A stretch of 64,000 bases of DNA. Source: Phoronis australis (lineage: Eukaryota > Animalia > Phoronida). The stretch covers positions 260,727 to 324,726 of the forward strand of contig NMRA01000489.1 in assembly GCA_002633005.1 (NCBI GenBank), in the 5' to 3' direction. A model generated the notes under the pieces. That model did not search any database. It saw nothing but the letters and a program-made list of their open reading frames with translations, and was not told the origin of the DNA. Below are positions 54,958 to 64,000 of the stretch, one piece after another (position 1 is the stretch's first letter; every line of letters starts with the position of its first letter). Made by a program: the position numbers and the translations under genes.

Positions 54958-57460
54958 GACTAGAAACGAAAGTCGAGAAATGCACCTTGTTGAAATACCC
55001 TGATTAGACAGCATTACATATGAAAACCTGGGGGTGTAACTGATCATTCAACAAAAGCAGTAAGAACAGAACGTGGTTCATACATTGGAACATCTGTCAC
55101 ATGTATTTGCGTATGTTTTAACGGTCAATAAAAATTCAATTCAACAAACACTAAACTACATCATTTGGTGCACAACAGTTGCAGGGTTCATTAAAGATGC
55201 ATTCTGCTCAGCTTAGGTGGCTAAAACAAGAATCGATTCGGGCCTTTCACTCATAAAACTAGTCTTGCAATATTCCTAAACAAGACTTGGTTTTATTTCC
55301 ATTAAGAACATCGAAACAGACAGCAACTCAAGAGAGTGCTTCAGGGTTTATTGCAAGCATTCAATAGTTTTTATGAAAAACACCTGTAGACGAATACAAT
55401 GAAAATTGTTTTATTTCTCATATAACTGATTGACTATCTTGATCTAGAATTATTTAATTAGCTAACCAAGTACTCTTCTTAACTCAATTAATTACAATGT
55501 ATTATGACTTACTTTTTATTAATTATGCATTCAGCATTGTAACATAACCTTGCACGTCAACATGGTACTTATGAAGCATGTATTTCTGTTGTATGTACCA
55601 GACATATAATAAACACATTCAATTACTCATCTAAACTTCAATTCAGTTCAAACAATCAATCAAACAAAATAATTGAAGATTGGATGAGGGTGGTACCGTA
55701 ATTTTCCACTTATAAGCTCAATATATTTTCCTGTAAGTAGGTGTGCGTCAAATGAAATGAATAAACGGATACTGTACGATAATTAACAGGTGTGCAAAAT
55801 CAACGAGAAACTAAGGATTGCCAAAATTTAAGAAAATGTACAAACAGTAATTGAGTTAGTTTATCCTGTTCCTACAGTTCTTTACCGCACTATTGGTGAA
55901 ACATATTTTCGAGCACAAGGCCCACTCATCCTTTCACCATATATGATGAATTAATGTGTGTATTAACAGTTAGCTGTATACAAACATTTCTCTAATAGTT
56001 TGTGCACTTTGTCAGCTTAGTGTTCCAATTAATAGAGACAAAAATGGCCACACAAACTACGTATTAGAGATGAAAATCAAGTGTTCGAATTATTAGAGAT
56101 AAAATATCGATAATCACAATTATCGTGGGTAACGATAGCCTCCGTGGTTTGGCAATATGAATTATTTTACACAAGTAACAAATTATTGTCTCGAAAGATG
56201 GGTTCGCTTCAAAATATAATACCTGAATGGTTTGGCACTTTATTTTCTTCCTATGTTCGCAAACTTCAAAACCTCAGCTTCAATACCTCTGCGATGCTGT
56301 CTACCGCGTTCAGTTTGTTCCGGCTGCAGTGCACTAGATTAAACATGTATGCCAAAAAATCAGGCCAGAGGAAGTGACTGTGGGTTTGCCAAACCTCAGA
56401 ATTTGAGTTAGGTGGTAAGCTCTCAGATTATAATTCGCTAACTCAGGGAAAGGTGTCAAATTCTCCCTATTTTGTTGAAATTCCAGACTTTGAACTAATT
56501 CTCCCAGTTTTCTCAACACTTGCAAAAATAGCATGGGAAAATATCCAGTGGAGTTTGTAAGGTTTGTGTCCCTTGGACTTTTCGTTTGTCAGCAGGCGTG
56601 ATTTCGCGCAACTTCCTCAAAATGGCACCAGGTGAAAGGAGCTCATGTGAACTGAGCCAGATTTTCCTGTATATGTTCAAATTATGTGGACTAAATTGTC
56701 TCCAGAGTCATGGTATGTGTTAACTATAATTCATTTATTTGAAGTTATTCACTATATTTTGAAATGAGTAGCTTTTTATAGGGTACACTATTGCCTGTGG
56801 CGTAAACGACGATGTCATTGCCTACTGTTTAATTTGTGGTAGTGTGCCACGATGGTGGTGCCCCTCTGCCTAGCCCAGGTGCAAAGTTGTATACTGTTAT
56901 ATAGCTTGGCACCATTGTGGGTAAAAACCGGCCAAATGAAACCCGACACGATATTATTATCATTGAAAACTAAAAGGTATGACACTAGTGACTAAAAATT
57001 CCACAAGTGCTTCACTTTAGTCATCCAGATCAAACAAATCTCAATGAATTTACACAAACCAGGGATTTAACAAATCATGAGCAATTGCTCTTTCTTCTGG
57101 TAGCAACAGCATCTTGTTCCAGCGAGTTTGCAACAAATTCGCAATTCAAGGGACACAATCTAACAAATTTCACCCGATACCTTCTCATACTATTTTGCAA
57201 GCGTCACGTGCGCTAGCGTCACGCACTTCGCTCAGTCTCGCGCTAGTTTTTGCGGAACTCACGTGACTCAGTTGACATACTTTGTGGTTATCGTGCGCAT
57301 GGTGAAAAAGTTAATGGCAACCAAAAAAGTGGAGTTGGAATTCTTTGCCAAAGTCACCTTAATTCTCACAACTAAGCTTCATCAACGATATGTATAGAAG
57401 TAGAAAGGACCAATGAAGAAAGTAAGCGCTTTTTTAAATGCTAGTTTTAATTATGTAATG

Positions 57461-58269
57461 TACCGCCGGAGGTCCTAAAGTCATGAGTGCCCTAAAGTCG
57501 TGAACGATCTCATTTCCTCTTCTGCACGGACCCGTGACATCTAGCGTTGTAGTTTCCAGCGATCGTCAGCTTAAGAACGTCAAACGAATACCCGGACGTG
57601 TTGATATTTACAATATGATAACAAACTGAGTGAGTGGTTCCTTTTTACAAATGTATCTTAAAAACAGCATATTTCACTAATCCACTTTTTTGTGCATTTT
57701 CAGAATATATTTTCGAAAATATATATCGTTCAGATTTGCTCAAACACGCGCTCCAGGGGTAGCTTGAACAATGTATCAAAATGTCCCAAAGTCAATCAAG
57801 TTTTGTAAAGCCAAAGCCATAAAATACAGAGAGATAATTGATGCTGGCTTCTTAGCGTTTTACGTAAACATCCTCATTGAAAACGTCTGTGCACATCGGA
57901 GTTGGGTGCAAAACACATAATAATTTATTTCAATTGAAATTGAATTAATAAACAATGCAATGCGTTTTTATGTCGTCCAGAATAACTGTAAGCAGTGTAG
58001 TTGACTTGTGTGGCCTTACTTCATGCATTTTGGTCTAAACGAAACGGTCACGACTTTAGGCCATCATTCAAAATGGCTGGCGATATGAGCAACCGTTTCA
58101 AAACTCTAGTTATGTAGGCAAACACAGGTTAAGACTGGAAAACACCTATATTTGTGAAGGCTGATACATGTCCGTGACATCACATGAGCAGTTGCTAACG
58201 GACACTGGGTAGTAGTACAATCAGCTGCTTTTTATGCTTTTATTCACGACTTTAGGTCACCGGAGTCTA
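57461..58269. mobile_element. Tc1/pogo-like MITE
   Basis: Imperfect TIRs ta-ccgccggaggtcctaaagtcatga / tcacgactttaggtcaccggagtc-ta. Repeated cctaaagtcgtga motifs and TA flanks. Confidence 0.7.
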
Positions 58270-58438
58270 TTTTTGACGAGGTGAAAACTCAAAATCGGTG
58301 GCCGGATTTGGCCTACCGCCTGTTTAAAATACATGGAAGGAAAGCAGAAAGTGATGGGAAGTATTGTAGCCCCTAACCGGCCAACCAAGGGCTACGTGTT
58401 TCCTGTAGGCTACTAGTAGTATACTACCCTCCCTGCCT

Positions 58439-58907
58439 CACAGGCGTCCTCAGCTTCTGATCGTCCCCAATACACTACATATAATACTACAAGGTATGCC
58501 ACTCCCGACGGATCGAGGTCAAGGACGGTACAGAAATTGCCAGTTTGTCGCGTAAAGTGACGATGTCGATAACGCCGTCCATCTGTAATTCATCGGTAAT
58601 TTCCGTACCGTCCTTGACCTCGAGCCGTCCAAGATGGAAGTGTGTTTTTTTTGTGAACATTTTTGTTCTTTGACTGCGAATTTCTTACGAAGTCGCAGGA
58701 ACAGGACACCGTGAATGGTATTGGAAGAAAGAACAATTGCCAATGGTTTGTTGAAACCTTGTTTTGTGTAAATTTATTGAGTTTTATGTTAGCTATGGAG
58801 GGCTGAAGTGAAGCACCCGTGGAATTTCTAGTCGGGAGTGTCATACCAACTGGTTCCTAGATTATATGTAGTGTATTGGGGACGATCAGAAGCTGAGGAC
58901 GCCTGTG
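58439..58907. mobile_element. MITE with perfect 47-bp TIRs (P-element-like ends)
   Basis: cacaggcgtcctcagcttctgatcgtccccaatacactacatataat and its exact reverse complement. 8-bp flanks ccctgcct/cactgact (6/8). Confidence 0.85.
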
Positions 58908-59039
58908 CACTGACTGGGCCTAGTCGTGAATTCTACCTTTTGCCGTGGTTGCGTGCCAGCGGCCAACTGCTCCCACCCAGCAAATTCCAAAAACAAAACG
59001 TGAAACGCTGTTCATCCACCTACCTACGCTACAGATTTA

Positions 59040-59660
59040 AGCAGTTTTAAATCGCTGAATATCCCAAACTCAGAGAGCTATTTTCACCCTCACTCTCGGA
59101 AACTCGACCGACATTCCACTTGGCTTCCGGTTGCAGTTTAAAGAAAAAGATACATTTCGACAACTGCTGGACGTTTCGTCTCAGATAATTTTTAGATTGC
59201 TACTAAACTCTAAATGGGTCACTTGAGTGTCACAGATATTGAAATCCAATTTAAAAGAACACTATAACACAAAATTTTGCGAAAGCGCAGGTTTTGAAAA
59301 ATGCAGTTCGGAGAGAACACGGAGAAGGCGACTGGTCAGCACGTCTTCCGTCTTCTGTTCAACTCTTGAGTTATAAAAGTGTACCGTACTGGAGTCGAGC
59401 ACCATCTTCAGCACCTTCATGTGATTGGCCCAAATCTTGCAAGAAGTGGAAATTTGATGGCTACTTCAAATAACCGTTATAACGTAAAGAATTTCAGTCT
59501 CTTTCTTATATATTGGCGGAGTTTCCTTTAAACTTGATGACGCAGAAGTATAGAATTTATATTGGTTGTGAATATCTGCGCAATTAAAGTGGATAAANCG
59601 ACTAAATCAAACCAACTTGACGTGACAGATTGACGACTCGCGGAGTTCGTTTCACCCCTG
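59040..59660. promoter_or_regulatory. Candidate (bidirectional) promoter region
   Basis: Local CpG enrichment, ETS-like cttccgg (59124), three attgg (CCAAT) boxes at 59424, 59512 and 59561, and tgacg half-sites. The apparent strand-composition switch falls nearby. Confidence 0.4.
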
Positions 59661-60017
59661 TTACAACTCTGAGATTAGATTCTGCTGAATTTGTCAAAGC
59701 ATCATTCTTAATCTCAGTCTTAGAATTCATGAGCGCTCTGAAGATGACTAAAATCAGTAGGCCTACATGATTCGCCACATTCTTGTTTAATGCAGTGGGA
59801 TGTATTTTCCAGTATTTTTGATAACTTTTTGAGGCCAGCATACCATCAAATTGCCACTCTTTGGAGGTGGTATGTTCAAGCAATGCATACAATGATATAA
59901 TAATTATAATATTATAATAAGACCAACATCTCAAAATGTCCGTGAATAACAAAATGACATTTTGTCTAGGTGTGAACTCAGCTCATCTTGCAACCTGACT
60001 TAGAAATTGGAATATGT

Positions 60018-60555
60018 TGTTGTAGATGTGCTTCCGGTGAATTATATGAGCCTCTGTTAGCTACTCGCTAACGGGCAATTCCCTATTAGCTGAATGGTTA
60101 GCACGCTTGCCGGTTTTATGGGGATCGCGGGTTCGATCCCCGGGTCGGGTGATCTCGGCTATTACAACAAATGGCGTAGTCGGCAAACGGATGATCTACC
60201 GATGAAGCACTGCCAACTAGTACCCACGGACCTCGGGACGGCGCGCGTGGAAGGTTCCAGGAGTCAAGGACCTGTATGAGAGACTACCTTGTGTTCACCT
60301 GTGTTGTGGTGGTAAAGGTACCAAGGGACGTTGATGACCTGTATGCGAGACATCCTGGTGTTCACCTTCCTGTCGCGTGCTCGTTCCGTAGGAAAGGGGG
60401 GAATGTTGTAGATGTGCTTCCGGTGAATTATATGAGCCTCTGTTAGCTACTCGCTAACGGGCAATTGCCTATTAGCTGAATGGTTAGCACGCTTGCCGGT
60501 TTTATGGGGATCGCGGGTTCGATCCCCGGGTCGGGTAATCTCGGCTGTTACTACA
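60018..60555 (+). mobile_element. Terminal-repeat retrotransposon in miniature (TRIM) with tRNA-like LTRs (Helenus-like)
   Basis: Two 152-bp direct repeats (60018-60169 and 60404-60555, 4 mismatches) bounded TGTTGTA...TACAACA. PBS tggcgtagtcggca at 60172-60185 is complementary to the tRNA-Ser 3' end. PPT aggaaaggggggaa abuts the 3' LTR. Flanks atgt/aagt. No coding capacity. Confidence 0.93.
60080..60150 (+). promoter_or_regulatory. tRNA-like Pol III internal promoter inside the 5' LTR (second copy at 60466-60536)
   Basis: A box tagctgaatgg (60087-60097) and B box ggttcgatccc (60130-60140). D- and T-arms can fold; the anticodon arm is degenerate. Confidence 0.8.
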
Positions 60556-61379
60556 AAGTTATCATTTTCTCGCAACACTAAAGAGATGTAATTTGTAGAA
60601 TGTTTCTTATTGCTACTGTGGTAAGACGACGAATTTGAGCCCTTTTTGATTCAGTTAATTAGGTTACACATTTCAGTTTTGCTTTTTAGTGGAGAAAGAA
60701 CAACTTTAAGTTGAACTTGAAGCCTTGGATAAGCTGTTAAGTGCTGGGAACAATGTCTGCAAACGGTCGTCAGTTATTTGGTTCAGCCATGTCTGTTTGG
60801 TTGCCTCCGGCTGCTGTAGATATCAGGTAAATAAATTAAAACTATGGTATGTGGTAAATAAGATATGTAGTCAGATGTGAATGGCTACTATTAGCTCTAG
60901 CCCATTTGATTATTTAATAAAAAAATGTTTTTTGAATTCTATCACCAGAATTGAGTTACAATTAGTTTTGGTAATTAATTATTCCATTATCTAAAGAAGG
61001 ATAGTCTGTTAATTGGTATATTAGCTTGAATGGTATGATTAATCAGGCACAAGATTTTTTTGGCTATTTTAAATAATAATTAGTCAACCAGCAGTGTTAT
61101 ATTATTTGATGTCCACGTGAATACTGTCATAACTTTCTGACTGTATGCTCTGCAAAAAGTTAATTGCTTTTAGGATACCGAAAAATTAATTATGTAAATC
61201 TTTCCTGGGTATCTAGAATTTGGTATTTCATGATATCATTTACTCTCTAAGACATTTAAATACAAATTTCATGACAGGCCCGTGTCCAAAATAGACCACT
61301 TGTAGGTTTCTCAACTGAGCAGCGGAAGTGGGACAAAATCGCCATCACCTTGTGATTACCTCTCCCAAGGTCTAACCTT

Positions 61380-62050
61380 ACAGGTAGAAAATCTGCATGA
61401 GGTCTTACAAACCCCAGGTGAATTCCTGCTCACACTGTGCAGTAGTGCTTAGCGCTTGGTCATCAAGTGAAGTGTGACAAAAATCCTCAATGCCTCTTCC
61501 TTGCTGTTGTCTAATTAGTGAATTGCCCAAATTACCAAAGACGATGCATTTGAAAAATTGCTCAATTTCATTATATAATCAAATGTAGCGAGTACAAATT
61601 TAATCAGACAACAATTTGACACAATTTATTTCTATGAACTTTTCTTCGCCTCTACATCTGTCTTTGCAATTCTTTCTTTCATGCTTGCAGTGATCTGAGA
61701 CAAGTGCCAGACCACCAGGAAGTGTTTGGTCATGAGTCTACAGACCAGAGCATTGTCATTGAGATATTGGAATATGTTAATGAGCCTGATAAAGAAGCTG
61801 TCAGGTTAGTTTCCTCTCCAGCAAAATTTGTGCCGGTCCATCCTTGTGCGTATGCTCTATGTGAGCATTCACTGGGTTGATTGTGTTAACTTGTAAAAAT
61901 GCTTGTGGAATCGGTCCAAAAGTTCACACTTTTCGATCTGTGTACTAAATCTGCACACTGGTACTCGAATATTTATGTACCAGTGTATAGCAAAAATACC
62001 TGGGCCATGTAACTTATACTTAACTATCATAACTTGACTATCTAGATGGA
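61380..62050 (-). pseudogene. Possible decayed Crypton-type tyrosine recombinase
   Basis: Ordered minus-strand fragments ELLDRFHKHFY, SIRTRMDRH, TKH/PGGL and LHSVSR resemble the DUF3504/Crypton motifs LDxxLxxFY, SIRAGIDRH, TKNHPGG and NHSxRAT. Heavily frameshifted. Confidence 0.4.
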
Positions 62051-62460
62051 GACTTATTAGACAGTGAAGTAGTGTTAAGTAAATTGGCGCAAGTCTCCGT
62101 ATCATGTGAAAAACGTCGTAACGTTAACACATTTTAGTGATTAAGTAGTTCACCGTTTTCTGTTTGATATTAGGCAAATTTAGGTACATTTGGTATTTTA
62201 AAGAATTACATCTTCAACTACAGTTTAAGTAGGTTTTTGTATTCAGTTAGTTGTGAGGACAGCTGAATGTTCTGCAGGTCGCAGTATGTTGGAGAAAGGC
62301 AACACTGGTTTCTGTTCGAAGTGGTGTCTTCAGATATATGTTTGCCTAGTTTGGTCAAGTGAAAATATGTCTGAATAAGCGAGCTTTGTGAACTTAAGTT
62401 TAACTTCCGTATGTTTCTTTGTATTTACTTCGGTATACATTCCCACATTTTTGGAGATAT

Positions 62461-62878
62461 TTACGGTTACGTAGGACCTCTTCAACAAGTCTGTGTTCAT
62501 TCCGCCAAATGTCTACAAAGGTAGTGTAGTATACGTTTTCAGAAAGTGAAAAGCCTGTAGTACTTGAGGTTTGACTTCCTACCAACCTGCCTTTGACTGA
62601 GTCATGTGACTGAGTCATGTGACTGAGTCATGTGACTGAGTCATGTGACTGAGTCATGTGACTGAGTCATGTGACTCATTTTTAGCAAAAAATAATGGTA
62701 CAATAGCACGTGCGTCCCGTCTTTGAAAGTCCTCAGTTCGTCGTTTTAAAAACAATTCTCTAAGGATTTTGGAGAACAGTGCATAAAGGTATATCTTATC
62801 TGATTATCAATTTATGAAATATGAGGTTCCAAATTAAGCCACATCAGGACATTTTTCTAGGGTCCTATGTAGCCTTTA
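62461..62878. mobile_element. Kolobok-like MITE (same family as 25320-26980)
   Basis: TIRs ggttacgtaggacc / ggtcctatgtagcc. The end ggacatttttctagggtc is shared with 26235-26262. Confidence 0.65.
62594..62678. repeat. 13-bp tandem array, 6.5 perfect copies
   Basis: Unit tgactgagtcatg. Confidence 0.97.
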
Positions 62879-62927
62879 GAATATGGTATTAATAAGGAAA
62901 TACTGATATCAGTTGATATCAATATAC

Positions 62928-63049
62928 AGGTTATCCCACATACATAGGAATACTACTGCCATATCCTATCGAGAATTCAGTTCATCTGGGAATGTCCCAA
63001 CGAGACCGAAGGATATCGCAGTAGTATTCCTATGAATGTGGGATAACCT
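62928..63049. repeat. 122-bp palindrome / long hairpin
   Basis: 40-bp arms aggttatcccaca...catatcct / aggatatcg...tgtgggataacct with 2 mismatches. Confidence 0.92.
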
Positions 63050-64000
63050 ATTTATCCCATATATTTGGACTTACTTGCATCATCGGGGCACTAACTTGTT
63101 GCCATGTGATATGGTTTGTTGTCATATGACATCATATGTATGCAAAATACGGAACCAAAACTGGTTAAGCTACAAGACAGTCTGTGAAAGTGTTGAATAA
63201 CCAGTCAAGTTTTGTTTTGTAATAAAATCATTGGAATTTTTAGATTGTGAAATATACAAGTTAAAGCTGCTTTGAACCATTCAATTATATCAAAAGTTTG
63301 TAGGAAACTTAGAAACAATCCATCTGGTAAATTTTAAATTAAAAATTGACATTCCCTGAACTGAGTTGTCTGCAATAGAAACATTTCCCCGTGTTGATCA
63401 CGGCATTGGAAAATAACGGTGGAAATTGTGCTGATTTGCAAAACTTGAGGTAAGGACTATCGCAATGTAGAAGTTATATGCCACGGCTGGCGACGGAGAG
63501 TTGAACGCTGTGAGCAGATGATTGCTTCAGTAAAAAACACATTCTCATTATTAGGACTTGATTTCTTGTAAAGACCTTAGATCCCAGGGTAGATGTACTG
63601 TATGCATCCATAACGAAACATTTTTGTTGGATTTGAATTAGATTTTGGCAGATTTTACTAGCCGGTGACCTTACTCAATTTGACCTATTTACATCTATGA
63701 TGACCCAGATTGAAACTTCAGCGAAGCCCAAAAATAGCCCCCTGATCACCGTGCGTCGTAATTTTCATCGGTAAATCTTTTCTGGTTTTAGAGCAGTAAA
63801 ACTGCTTTTTCAGGAACGATGCCTTGAATTACTGATTTAGGTAACCCAACTGAGCCCAATAAAATTTGGCGTTGTACACACGAATTTGCTCCACCACCAG
63901 ACTGCACACCTACCGTGAAATACGGCATCTACAATGATATACAGATTGACTCTACTTTCCCGTATATCACGGTTGAATACGTCACATACACAATGGCCAT

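Noticed and set aside
60080-60150. Genuine tRNA gene pair
   Set aside because: The anticodon arm and acceptor stem are degenerate, and both copies are parts of LTRs.
60186-60403. Hammerhead ribozyme (retrozyme) in the TRIM
   Set aside because: No CUGANGA...GAAA core was found in the LTRs or interior; only a partial cgatga.
60753-60826. Resemblance of the short exon to the TERB2 N-terminus
   Set aside because: The similarity is only a loose F...W spacing, and no supporting downstream exon was found.

Overview
AT-rich, intron- and repeat-dense eukaryotic DNA that looks like a marine invertebrate (no prokaryotic operons or CRISPR arrays). Two spliced genes can be rebuilt exon by exon with consistent GT-AG phases, and they lie tail to tail. 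The first is a Popeye-domain (BVES/POPDC) gene on + (coding 22077-27696, about 327 aa, ending in ETSV). The second is a GT7 beta-1,4-GalNAc/Gal-transferase (bre-4-like) gene on - (coding 47828-32362, about 376 aa). The rest is a dense collection of mobile DNA: Helentron/DINE-1-like elements, Harbinger-, hAT-, Kolobok-, pogo- and P-like MITEs, tRNA-SINEs, a LINE tail, decayed hAT, HIRAN and Crypton-like coding remnants, long palindromes and minisatellites. The most striking object is an intact 538-bp miniature LTR retrotransposon (60018-60555) whose LTRs each carry a tRNA-like Pol III promoter, with a tRNA-Ser primer-binding site and a polypurine tract. All family assignments are by eye, without database searches.
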